A stretch of DNA of 62,148 nt, counting the filler. It is 7 parts of 7 records of this genome, joined end to end, with 100 filler letters (N's around TTAATTAATTAA, not from the genome) between each part and the next. Parts side by side here need not be neighbours in the genome. Positions count along the whole stretch, not along the records: positions 1 to 15,962 come from SRR31147125_9126; positions 16,063 to 26,544 come from SRR31147125_9132; 5 more parts are not named here. One strand, 5' to 3'. The number at the start of each line of letters is the position of its first letter. Position 1 is the first letter of the stretch. A program made the position numbers and the translations under genes. Under the pieces are notes generated by a model that saw nothing but the letters and a program-made list of their open reading frames with translations, had not been told where the DNA came from and did not search any database. Of the stretch, positions 10,549-20,545 are shown piece after piece.

Positions 10549-11376
10549 TTAAGTTCGTTTTTTAAATATGTTTTCGTTTTTATTTACCAAAGTAAATTCA
10601 GTTTCTTTGGTAAAACCCTCAATATTTTCTTTAGCACCAGCAATAAGATGTCCGCCATATGAAAGACTCTGATGCAACTTGGTTAATACTTTTGTTTGTA
10701 ATGAAGGATTATAATTGATTAAATGATTTCTAAAAATAATAAGCTTAATATCTTTTAATGGGGGATCGTATGTTATGCTATGTTTTACAAAATCAATACG
10801 TTCAATCAAACTTTTATCCCTGTAGGCGATATTGTCATCCAGTGTAATATAATCAGCAAAATTTCTTAGACCGTTATATCGTTTGTAATTTTCGTTACTG
10901 ATATCTATTTTTTTCAATCTAAGTACACCTGTTTTAATTGTTTCTATCTGTTCTTCAACGACTGCAGATGCAATAATTGTTACCTTATCAAGCCATCCAT
11001 TTTCTAATAGTACTATGCAAAGTGTATATAATTCATCACCAGAAACACAATCGGGCAGCCAAATCTTATATCGTAGATTGGGCTTAATTTGTTTTGGGAA
11101 GAATTCGTCCCTGAGCCACCTCCAAAGAGAAGGATCTCTGAACATTTCAGTAGACTCAATGGCTATATCCTGCAAAAATTTATTAATGAATTTTTTATCA
11201 TCTGATAACCGAAGAATTAAATTATCTGCATTTTTCAGATTATTAACCAATATTGTTTTTTCTAATCTTCTTTTAAATGAAGTTAATGCATGATTCGAAA
11301 AATCAAGGTTATGGTATTCTTTCAATACCCGAACGATATTTCTTGTTTCTACTATGCCAATCTCAATAACATCCAT
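10549..11376 (-). CDS. cheR: CheR-family methyltransferase with degenerate motifs
   Basis: TEMFRDP retained; IWLPDCVSGDELY and IIFRNHLINY diverge from canonical IWSAGCSTGEE and CRNVLIYF. Confidence 0.8.
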   Translation of the reverse strand: MDVIEIGIVETRNIVRVLKEYHNLDFSNHALTSFKRRLEKTILVNNLKNADNLILRLSDDKKFINKFLQDIAIESTEMFRDPSLWRWLRDEFFPKQIKPNLRYKIWLPDCVSGDELYTLCIVLLENGWLDKVTIIASAVVEEQIETIKTGVLRLKKIDISNENYKRYNGLRNFADYITLDDNIAYRDKSLIERIDFVKHSITYDPPLKDIKLIIFRNHLINYNPSLQTKVLTKLHQSLSYGGHLIAGAKENIEGFTKETEFTLVNKNENIFKKRT

Positions 11377-11380
11377 TTAA

Positions 11381-14119
11381 TTACTTGCTATTATTTTTCT
11401 CAATAAGCTCTTTAAGTCGCTCAATTTCTTTATTCGCGTCTACCAGTAATTGGAATCTTTGCTTTTGTTCTGTAATATCTTGTCCCAAGTAGTAGATTTT
11501 GTATATTTTTTTCGTATCGTCTAATACCGGAGAGAAAGTTGAAACAATCCATCTTTCCTCGCCATCAGGGCGTATACGTTTAATATTCGCTTTTTGTGAC
11601 TCATTATTGGCTGTTTTTAACCATAAATCATTAAAAATTGTTAATTCTTCTGAATTAAAGAATTTGGTAATTTTGTTATTTAATAAGTCTTCCAGGGGCA
11701 ATCCCATTAAATCAGCAAAGTTTTCATTTGCTCTAAGTATCTCACCATCAGTAGATAATTCGCATTTAATTAATGCATGGTTGATAGCGTCATCTAAAAT
11801 GTCCATTTCGTTAGCTTTTCGCTTCATGTCCCGGACATTTTTCTCGTATTCTTGTTCTTTAATTTTAGATTCCGACATATCAATGGCAATATTCAGAACC
11901 TTATAAGCAACACCATCAGTGTTTAGAATAGGGTTATAAGTTTGGTTTAACCAAAGTTTCTTGCCATTCAGAAGTTTAATTACTTCCAGGTTATTGACTG
12001 CTTCGCCCGTTTTTAATGTATTCCAAAATTCAACATAAGAATTTTCTGTTCTTACTTTCGAAGTGAAATCACTATGGTGCATGCCAACAATATCGTTTTT
12101 GGGAGCTTCAAGTAACTCAAGGAATTTTTGATTGATATTGGTTATATGACCCGTCATATCATATTCAACAACAAGGGATGTGCTATTGATCGCATCGAAA
12201 ATGCTTGAAATTTCGGACTCACGTCTTGCAGCTTCTTCTTGCGTGGCTTGAAGTTCTTCCATGTTTTGCCTCATCTCTTCTTCCTGCTCAGCCATCTCCT
12301 GCGCTTGTCTTTGCGATTGTTCGAGCAATTCAGACGTGCGTTCGTTAATTTTTACAGTGGTTAATGTTGAAGCAATACTTTCTGCCAGCTTTTCAATAAA
12401 TTCTATTTCATGTTGTTCAAATTCTGTAAGTGCGGCGAGTTCGATAACACCCAGAATTTCATTTTCTAAGCTAAGTGGGACGATCAAAATACAACTTGGT
12501 TTTGCGTCACCAAGCCCACTGGTTATTTCCAGGTAATCTTCGGGAATTTCTGTTAGATAAGTTGATTTCTTTTCAACAGCGCAAGTCCCGATTAGACCTT
12601 CGCCCATTTCTATGGTTTTTGTAATAAATTTCTTTCTATTATAAGCTACAGCTGCTTTTAATTCAAGGAATATTTTGCTTTTGTCCTCATCGTTTATTAA
12701 GAAAAGGCCACCTTGTGTTGCATCAATATATTTAACAAGGTTCATTATTAATACAGATGAGAGTTCCTCTAAATTGTCGTTATTTTGTCTAAGAATATCG
12801 GCAAAGGTGGCAAGCCCCTCGTTAGTCCATCTTCTTTTTTCATTTTCAATCTTATGTTTTTCTTCTTCTTCCCTTGTTTTAATAAGGTTTTCTTTTAATA
12901 ACACAAGTGAATTGCCAAGATCATCATATTCACTTATAGGTTGAAAATCATTGTCAAGAGTGCCGGATGCCAAATTATTTGAGAAGTTAATTTTTTCTTT
13001 TTGTGTATCTGAGTAGATATTTAAATTAGTGGCAATTTCTTCGAATTCCCCGCCAGTTTTAATGCTAAGATTACCTATTGGCTTACCCACAGATAGATTT
13101 TTTATGGATGAATTAATTGTTAATAGGGGTTTGCTTAACAAAAAATACATTGCCAGAAAAATTCCAATTGAAACAAGGGTAAATAATATCCAAAAGATTA
13201 CCAGTACCTTTTGGTTTTTTGTTTTCGTTTTGTTGTAGTCAATAATTATTTCTTCAAGTATTGTATTAATTTTTCCATCAATACCCGATAATTCGTTAAT
13301 GATTGTATGTAAAGCTCCTGATTCGTTGCCAAGCCCAATAAGTATATCTTTTTCCAGTACTTGGTTAGCGGCAGAAGTATAGTCATCAAGCAGGGCATTA
13401 ATATCTGCTGAAGAGTTATCGCTCATTGCTGGCTCACTAAATGCTTCTCCAAAATCAAGGCTGGCCGTGTCTTGCAATGACTGTTCAAACTCTAATGTTT
13501 GTTTTGTTTGCTCGGCAAGATCTGTAATATTATTTATTATACTCGTTTCTCCCGATCTCAAGTATTGTTCTTTTAACTGAATAATCTGTTGTAAATTTGA
13601 TACAGCTTCCTGGTTTGATATAAAATATGTTTGGTCGTTTAATTGCTGACCTGCAGATTCCCAATTGGCAAGAAGACCCTCGTTAAATGTTCCCCGTTCT
13701 TCAACCAATTGTAAAAGTTTATTATAATCATCTTTTACTGCACTTAATGTTTTGTTTATTTCGATTAATACAGCCTCCTGGTTTGGATGAAAGAAAAAAT
13801 ACTGATTGTCGATAATTAGGTTGTATTGGTTGTTAAGAATAGAAAGGTTATCGGAGAATGTTGCAATGGCTTCGGATTTGTTCTTGCCCGACGTAACTAT
13901 TTCTCCACTTTTTACTTCTTTTTCCAGTGTATATACAGAAGATGTTAATGATGGTAGTAAGCCTACATATGTATTTAAGTTATTTTGTAACGATTGATAA
14001 TCGACTAATTTTTTGTTTGAATTAAGAGATAGAAGACCAAAAATTATCCAACTAACACCAATTATGATAATTAGAAATAATATTTTAGTATTAAATGACA
14101 GTTGACTGTTTTTCATCAT
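11381..14119 (-). CDS. TM-periplasmic sensor-TM-HAMP-GAF-coiled coil-PAS-PAS receptor lacking an output domain
   Basis: Two TM helices flanking ~270 aa; GAF (GEGLIGTCA); EEMRQNMEELQATQEE coil; two PAS domains; ends in short coil. Confidence 0.88.
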   Translation of the reverse strand: MMKNSQLSFNTKILFLIIIIGVSWIIFGLLSLNSNKKLVDYQSLQNNLNTYVGLLPSLTSSVYTLEKEVKSGEIVTSGKNKSEAIATFSDNLSILNNQYNLIIDNQYFFFHPNQEAVLIEINKTLSAVKDDYNKLLQLVEERGTFNEGLLANWESAGQQLNDQTYFISNQEAVSNLQQIIQLKEQYLRSGETSIINNITDLAEQTKQTLEFEQSLQDTASLDFGEAFSEPAMSDNSSADINALLDDYTSAANQVLEKDILIGLGNESGALHTIINELSGIDGKINTILEEIIIDYNKTKTKNQKVLVIFWILFTLVSIGIFLAMYFLLSKPLLTINSSIKNLSVGKPIGNLSIKTGGEFEEIATNLNIYSDTQKEKINFSNNLASGTLDNDFQPISEYDDLGNSLVLLKENLIKTREEEEKHKIENEKRRWTNEGLATFADILRQNNDNLEELSSVLIMNLVKYIDATQGGLFLINDEDKSKIFLELKAAVAYNRKKFITKTIEMGEGLIGTCAVEKKSTYLTEIPEDYLEITSGLGDAKPSCILIVPLSLENEILGVIELAALTEFEQHEIEFIEKLAESIASTLTTVKINERTSELLEQSQRQAQEMAEQEEEMRQNMEELQATQEEAARRESEISSIFDAINSTSLVVEYDMTGHITNINQKFLELLEAPKNDIVGMHHSDFTSKVRTENSYVEFWNTLKTGEAVNNLEVIKLLNGKKLWLNQTYNPILNTDGVAYKVLNIAIDMSESKIKEQEYEKNVRDMKRKANEMDILDDAINHALIKCELSTDGEILRANENFADLMGLPLEDLLNNKITKFFNSEELTIFNDLWLKTANNESQKANIKRIRPDGEERWIVSTFSPVLDDTKKIYKIYYLGQDITEQKQRFQLLVDANKEIERLKELIEKNNSK

Positions 14120-14151
14120 TTTGTGTCTATAATATTCAAGTATAGTTAAAG

Positions 14152-15003
14152 TTAATAATCGATATTAATTTTTAACATAGTATTGTCCTTTTTTTGAAAC
14201 CTGTTAGCGTATTCACCCAGAATTGTTTCGTGCATTCCTAAAATTAGAATTCCATTATCGTAAATGTTTTTATAGAACAGGTCAAATACTTGGTTCTGTA
14301 AATTATAATTGAAATAAATAATTACATTCCTGCAAAGGATAAGATCGAATTTAATATAGGCCGTGTTTTCTTCTCTTACTAAATCATGCTTTCTAAAAGA
14401 AGGTATATTCCTTAACCTTTCATCCATCCTTATGGTATCTGTTTCCTTATCAATTTGGAAATATTTATCATATGGGACTTCCTTATATTCTTCGTAGTTA
14501 TAAGGATTTTCTTTAATTACCTTATCAAAATTATCGAGGTAGCCAATATTGAATCGATATTTATATTCTCCTTTTTTAGCTATGTTTAACACATCACTAT
14601 TTAAATCGGTGGCTACAATTTTAGTTTTACCCAACAGATTAAGTTCACTTAGTAAAATCATCATCGAATATACTTCCTGGCCTGTTGAACATCCGGCATG
14701 CCATATATTAATCTGAGGCTGCGATGCCAGTGTTGGAAGTATTTTATACTTTAACACATGCCAAATAGGAGGATCCCTGAATAGCTCTGTTGTGTTTACA
14801 GTAATTTCTTTGATTATTTTTTCTAAGAAAACAGGTTCGTTTTTCAACCTACCGACCAATTGCGTGATATTAGTTTTATTATCGACTAAAACCTTAGCCA
14901 ACCTCCTTTTGAGAGATTTCTCCGAATATTCTGAAAAATCGTAATTCGAAGAGCTTTTTATAGCATACAGGAAAATCTGAAAATCTTGCTCCGTAATGGT
15001 CAT
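14152..15003 (-). CDS. cheR: CheR protein-glutamate methyltransferase
   Basis: TELFRDP, IWHAGCSTGQEVYS, ATDLN, DLILCRNVIIYF. Confidence 0.93.
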   Translation of the reverse strand: MTITEQDFQIFLYAIKSSSNYDFSEYSEKSLKRRLAKVLVDNKTNITQLVGRLKNEPVFLEKIIKEITVNTTELFRDPPIWHVLKYKILPTLASQPQINIWHAGCSTGQEVYSMMILLSELNLLGKTKIVATDLNSDVLNIAKKGEYKYRFNIGYLDNFDKVIKENPYNYEEYKEVPYDKYFQIDKETDTIRMDERLRNIPSFRKHDLVREENTAYIKFDLILCRNVIIYFNYNLQNQVFDLFYKNIYDNGILILGMHETILGEYANRFQKKDNTMLKINIDY

Positions 15004-15120
15004 AAAAAATTAAATATTCAAGACATCATACCCAATAAAACGCTTACACTTAAGCGAAACTTTTATCTAATATAATAAATTTAGATAAATTAATTTAATT
15101 TCTTTGCGAATTTCATTCAA

Positions 15121-15962
15121 ATGGAATTGACTGAAATAAATTACACAATTGGCATTTACGGAATTCAGGACATAAGGTTATCTGAATACCCCGAATTTAT
15201 TCATGATCATTCAATATCAGTGTTTTACAAAGGTGAATGTTTGGAGCATTTGCACCTCGAACGATTTACAAGGATAAAATACGATAACCGGATACAAAAT
15301 TACCTGTATGAAATTCTAAAAAAAGTGGGTCTTTCGGGTAAAAAAAATGTGGATGTTATCTTCTCAGATAACATAATCGGAAGGTCAATGATTTCATCAA
15401 AAGGAGATATCCGATTCGAATCTCCTATATCAAAATTGCTACAGGCTGATTGTGAAGAAGGATTATTAAGATGGTACGGGATAGAAAAAACGGGTTATAT
15501 TCTAAATCATGAATTAGCGCATATATATAGCACAATTCCATTTTATGGGAACTTCAATGAAAATAGCCTTCTTGTACATTTTGATGGTGGTGCCAGCAAA
15601 GGAAATTTTTCGGCTTGGTTATGGAAAGATGGAAAACTAAAGCTGATTGAATATGGTTGGGAACTTGAATATTTATCATCATTCTATAATTCGAATGCTT
15701 TAATGTTTTCCATAATTGGGGCAAAGCGGCAAGAGCAAAATAGTGTGCCAGGTAAATTAATGGGATTGGCCGGATTTGGCAAGTACGATCCAAAAATTGA
15801 AAAGTGGTTAAAACAAAATCAATATTTCAAAGATATCTGGGGGAATAAGTCAAAGTTTTTCAATGCAGTATATAACGATTGGGGCATAAATCTTAACTCT
15901 TTCGACACAAGAAATGAGTTTCTCCAAAATATAGTTGCAACAGTACAAGTAATATTTGAGCG
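15121..15962 (+). CDS. carbamoyltransferase (NodU/CmcH family) N-terminal part, 3' truncated by contig end
   Basis: HDHS, ERFTRIK, HELAH, FDGG, PGKLMGLAGFG. Confidence 0.8.
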
Positions 15963-16062
15963 NNNNNNNNNNNNNNNNNNNNNNNNNNNNNNNNNNNNNN
16001 NNNNNNTTAATTAATTAANNNNNNNNNNNNNNNNNNNNNNNNNNNNNNNNNNNNNNNNNNNN
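15963..16062. other. artificial contig spacer
   Basis: N-run with TTAATTAATTAA. Confidence 0.99.
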
Positions 16063-16339
16063 AAAAAGGGGGAGGTTTGCCGAAGATCCACCCCCACATC
16101 AAAGACTTTTCCCCGGGTCACCCGGACCAGCTTGCCCTGGGGCTGCTCTATCTGATAGTGCAGCCCCTCAGGGTCCCCATGCAGGAGCCGCTGGTATTTT
16201 CCTGGACAAAGGCCACATCCGCCACAGTCTCCCGGAACTCATTGTCCCGGAAGGTCTCCATAAAATATCCCCGGTCATCCCCGAACACCTTGGGAATGAG
16301 CACCCTCATATCGTCAATTGCCGCAGGCACAAATTTCAT
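16063..16339 (-). CDS. rfbC: dTDP-4-dehydrorhamnose 3,5-epimerase, 3' partial, apparent frameshift near 16167
   Basis: VFGDDRGYFME, FVQEN; shifted frame continues LHYQIEQPQGKLVR. Confidence 0.9.
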
Positions 16340-17265
16340 CAGATATCCCCCCGCTCCAGCAATTGAAGAAGATACTGGCCGTAGCCGTTCTTTTCAAAGA
16401 GATGGGCCCGCGCCTCCACCTGGTCCGCCGTGATCCATCCCATCTGGTAGGCAGCCTCTTCCAGGCAGGCGATTTTCAAGCCCTGGCGATCCTCCACCAC
16501 CTTAATAAAGGTACCGGCATCCAAAAGGGACTCATGGGTTCCGGTATCCAACCAGGCCGTGCCCCGGTTTAAAAGCTCCACCTTGAGCCGCCCCTGTTTA
16601 AGGTAGGCATTGTTCACATCGGTAATTTCAAGCTCACCCCGGGCCGAGGGCCGGATCTCCCCGGCAATATCCACCACGGCATTGTCGTAGAAGTATAGCC
16701 CTGTGACCGCATAATTTGACGGAGGCTCCACAGGCTTTTCCACAATGGCCGAGACCTTCCCGTCCCGGTCAAAATCCACCACACCGTACCGCCCCGGATC
16801 CTTGACATAATAGCCGAATACAAAGGCCCCCTGTTCAACCTTGCTGATCTGCTGGAGCCGGCCTGACAGCCCCTCCCCGAAAAAGATATTGTCCCCGAGA
16901 ATCAAGGAGACCAAATCCTTTCCAATAAACTCTTTTCCAATGATAAAGGCCTGGGCCAATCCTTCAGGCTTTTCCTGGACCGCATAGGACAGGGAAATCC
17001 CCCATTGGGAACCGTCCTGGAGCAGGTGCTGAAATAAACTCTGGTCCTGGGGGGTGGTAATGATCAAAATATCCCTGATCCCGGCCAGCATCAGGGTGGA
17101 CAAGGGATAATAGATCATGGGCTTGTCATAGACCGGCATGAGCTGCTTGCTCACGGAACAGGTCAAAGGATACAGCCGGGTGCCGCTGCCCCCGGCCAGG
17201 ATGATGCCTTTTCTTGTCTGCTGCAATTTTTTGGTTCCTTGATTTGTGAGGGTTATAACTGCCAT
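16339..17265 (-). CDS. rfbA: glucose-1-phosphate thymidylyltransferase
   Basis: [43 protein letters not shown]. Confidence 0.97.
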   Translation of the reverse strand: MAVITLTNQGTKKLQQTRKGIILAGGSGTRLYPLTCSVSKQLMPVYDKPMIYYPLSTLMLAGIRDILIITTPQDQSLFQHLLQDGSQWGISLSYAVQEKPEGLAQAFIIGKEFIGKDLVSLILGDNIFFGEGLSGRLQQISKVEQGAFVFGYYVKDPGRYGVVDFDRDGKVSAIVEKPVEPPSNYAVTGLYFYDNAVVDIAGEIRPSARGELEITDVNNAYLKQGRLKVELLNRGTAWLDTGTHESLLDAGTFIKVVEDRQGLKIACLEEAAYQMGWITADQVEARAHLFEKNGYGQYLLQLLERGDI

Positions 17266-17353
17266 TGGCTGTCCGGCCTTAGAAAAATTGCGTCATCATA
17301 GTATGCAGCCCCATTATTTCTGTCAAGTTCAGGCCGGGGCTTGAAGCAAGGCC

Positions 17354-17386
17354 TTGACATCTAATCCCATCATGCGCACAATGGGA
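17354..17386 (+). promoter_or_regulatory. sigma70-type promoter of TA operon with inverted repeat
   Basis: TTGACA-17 bp-CACAAT; TCCCAT/ATGGGA inverted repeat overlapping the -10. Confidence 0.55.
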
Positions 17387-17413
17387 ACAAAATACAAAAG
17401 AAAGGAGGCGATC

Positions 17414-17671
17414 ATGCCTAAAACCAGAATCAACGTAAGTCTTGATCAGGATCTGGCCGAGTTTGCCAGGATCTTTGCTGCGGAAAACAGAACAACGGTT
17501 GCCGATATGGTCACCCAATACCTGCTGACTCTCCAACGGCGCATTGAGGGGGAGTCTCTTGACACTATCTTTGCCCACCCGGCCTTTGATCAGGCCATGG
17601 AAGAGGTCCAGACCAAACTCTGCCAAGGATCGGCACAATGGCATTCATACGATGAGGTATTTGGGGAATAA
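17414..17671 (+). CDS. putative antitoxin (RHH / DUF6364-like)
   Basis: RBS AAGGAGG; KTRINVSLD beta-ribbon start; C-terminal WHSYDEVF; overlaps toxin start. Confidence 0.7.
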   Translation: MPKTRINVSLDQDLAEFARIFAAENRTTVADMVTQYLLTLQRRIEGESLDTIFAHPAFDQAMEEVQTKLCQGSAQWHSYDEVFGE

Positions 17672-17964
17672 TGGAAACCCGGTTTGAAACCGCTTTTCTC
17701 AAGGCCATAAAAAAGCACGCCGCTATAAGAAAACTGGTCAAAAAAGTAGACATGATCATTGAAAACCCCATTGCCATGGGAGAACCCTTAAAAGGCAACT
17801 GGCAGGGATTTTATTCCTGCCCGGTGAAGCGCAATTTCATCATCATTTATCTGTATTGCTCTGTGTGCAGGAAAAAAGGCGACCATGCTGTGGTGGCCTG
17901 TCACGATTGCCCGAAAACCCCGGATGATACCTTGAAATTCGTCTTGCTTGGTCCCCATGAATGA
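17671..17964 (+). CDS. RelE/ParE/YafQ-like toxin with CxxC...CxxC insert
   Basis: F.KAIKK, ENP..GEPLKGNWQGFYS, IIY, GPH; translational coupling (TAATG) with upstream gene. Confidence 0.7.
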   Translation: METRFETAFLKAIKKHAAIRKLVKKVDMIIENPIAMGEPLKGNWQGFYSCPVKRNFIIIYLYCSVCRKKGDHAVVACHDCPKTPDDTLKFVLLGPHE

Positions 17965-17983
17965 ATAAATCATAGTCTATATC

Positions 17984-19086
17984 CTAGCTTGAATCCAATG
18001 CAGCTTCCGGGGAAGACTTCCGCCCCAGGCAACAGGCCAGGCCAAGGCCTGCAATCCCCCCTGCCGCATCCACCAGAAAATCCGGAACCCCGGCGCTCCT
18101 GCCCTCAATATAGTGCTGGGCCATTTCCGTTCCCCCGGCCAGAATCAGGATATTCAGGCCGATCTGAAGCACCGGGGTCTTTGGCATGAGCCGGCCGGAT
18201 ACCAGGCCGAAACAGAGGAAAAACAAAAAATGCCCCAGCCTCCCCATGATCGCCTCTGCCTGATATTTATTATCCCCCCCGGTCAGTCTGACAATACATT
18301 CCCCAAGCACATTGTAAATCTGCGCCTTTAAATCCCCCGGAATCAGGGTGGCGAACAATATGGCCCCGGCAAAGGCCAGGACCAGGGAAAACCGGCCCGG
18401 CGTCATCTCCCCGGCCATACCGGCCAGCAGGGCCAGCAAAAACATTGCCCATGCCCCCAGAACAGCATATTGAAAATAAGTGTAAACCTGGGCCTGCCGG
18501 ACGGGATAAAGCCTGACATCCCTGGCCTCAAGAATGCCCTGGCATCGTGGAAGCTGCACCATCCCCCGAATCCTTACCGCATCCGGATGAATGGTAAAGG
18601 CCTTTTGATACTCCCCCCAGTCATGGGTGCCAATCAGGCCGATCACCTCACCAGGGGTCCGGATCCATTTGCCTTTTTGATCATACTGGACCAGAATAAG
18701 CTTGGCCCTTTCCCATGGTTTTCCCCCGGAACCACACCGCTGGTTCGTATCCTGCCGGATAACAGCACCTTGCCCCCGGGCGTTTGTATCTTTATATCCT
18801 GATAAACCAAGGCATATTGCTCCCCTCCCCCGGCAGTCAGCAAAAAGCCGTTGTCTTTTACATGGGCCCGGCCCCCATGCTTTACCCGGGTCTGCCACCC
18901 CTCCTTGGCAAGCATGGTCCCGCCAACAGGAATATATTGCTCCACCAGGACAATGGCGGCCATTGTCCCTAAAACCAGAATCCCGAAACAGATTAATTTT
19001 AGTCTGATTCCCACGAATTTCCCTTCCCTGAAACCAATTGCGGCCCTTACCCCCAAACGGGTAAAGGCCGTAATATCATCCTGCAT
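17984..19086 (-). CDS. VanZ-family membrane protein with periplasmic domain, split by apparent frameshift(s)
   Basis: GHFLFF, TEMAQHYIEGRSAGVPDFLVDAAG; ORFs 18643-19086 and 17984-18898 overlap in different frames. Confidence 0.7.
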
Positions 19087-19099
19087 CCCATCCTATTGG

Positions 19100-20462
19100 T
19101 CAATAGGCATTTTCATTGGTCTTACTGCCAAACAAAGTCTTCCAGATGATCACCAGATCCCACCAGAAACTCCAATTTTCAATATAGAAAAGATCATGCT
19201 CGATCCTTTTTTTAATGGAGGTATCCCCGCGCAGGCCGTTGACCTGGGCCCAGCCAGTAATCCCGGACTTCACCTGATGCCTGACCTTATACCTTGGCAC
19301 CTCCTCTTTAAACTGCTCCACAAAGAATTTTCGCTCAGGCCGTGGCCCCACCACACTCATATTGCCGGTAAAGACATTCCAGAACTGGGGAAGCTCATCC
19401 AGATTATGGCTGCGCAAAAATTTTCCCACCTTGGTAACCCGGTCATCATTGGCCGTGGTCCAGGTTGTGTCTGAGGCCTTTTCCTCCTGAACCTTCATGG
19501 TTCTGAATTTAAACATGGAAAATTCCCGGTTATTGGCCCCCACCCTTTTTTGCCTGAAAAACAGGGGCCCAGGAGATGTCATGGCAATGATCATGGCCAG
19601 CACGGCTGTGGCCGGCATGAGCGCTGTAAGGACGAAAAGGGAAAAGGCCATATCAAAAACCCGCTTGAGCACCCGGTTTTTCATCTGCTGCAGGGGCTCG
19701 GTTCGGATGGAGATCAAGGGAATATCCCCCATATAATCCAGGACCGCCCGGTTCTCAATGATCCTGAAGAAATCCGGGACCACCCTGAATCTAATGCCTT
19801 CAAATTCGCAGATATCCACGACCTTTAAAATTTCTTTCTCCCGTCTCAAAGGCATGGCAATAAGAACCTCATCCACCACATGGGAGGCCAGGACCTCATT
19901 GATCCGCTCCAGCTTGCCCATATACAAGCCCTGTTGCATGGTTTCATGATAGTAATCTGCAATTACCCCATGAACCTTATATCCCAGTTCCGGCTCATTC
20001 TGAATTTTATCTATGACCCGCTCGGCAATCCTGTCCCCCCCACCACAAGCAGGGATTTTTGCATATATCCATGGATGACAAAATGCCGGCGAATGGCAAA
20101 GGCAAAGCCCCGGATAAAAATGGAAATAAAAAACGAAATCAGCAGGGGATATAAAATCAAATGAGTATTAGGTTTAAAATTTCCCCAAGGACAACCAGGG
20201 CGATGAGCAGGGCCGACAAAAAGGAATACGCCTTAACCGTGGTCAGCAGCAGATCAAACAGCTTGGTCCCTGAGGAAAGATTGCACAGACGGGAATTGAT
20301 GGTGATCAGCATCCAGGTCAAAAGGATCAGCCCCATTAAAAAAACGCCTTTTGAGGGGATCATCATACTGCCGTTGTAGTACCTGTAAAACAAATAATAA
20401 AAGGTAAACATGGCTATCATATCAACGATAAATAGCAACCATACTCTGCCGTTTTCACGCAT
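19100..20462 (-). CDS. wcaJ: undecaprenyl-phosphate glucose phosphotransferase (WcaJ-like), apparent frameshifts
   Basis: KRVFD, FKFRTM, LDELPQFWNV, MSVVGPRPE, GITGWAQVNGLRGDT; TM N-terminus in 20157-20462. Confidence 0.85.
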
Positions 20463-20545
20463 ATGAACTATCCTAAAATCCTATTGTCACATCCAGTTGC
20501 CGAAAACACAGAAAGACACCTGCATTTCCGGCAACGATAAATAAT

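Noticed and set aside
17279-20379. Numerous overlapping ORFs on both strands in the GC-richer region
   Set aside because: Shadow frames of recognisable genes, with no motifs of their own.
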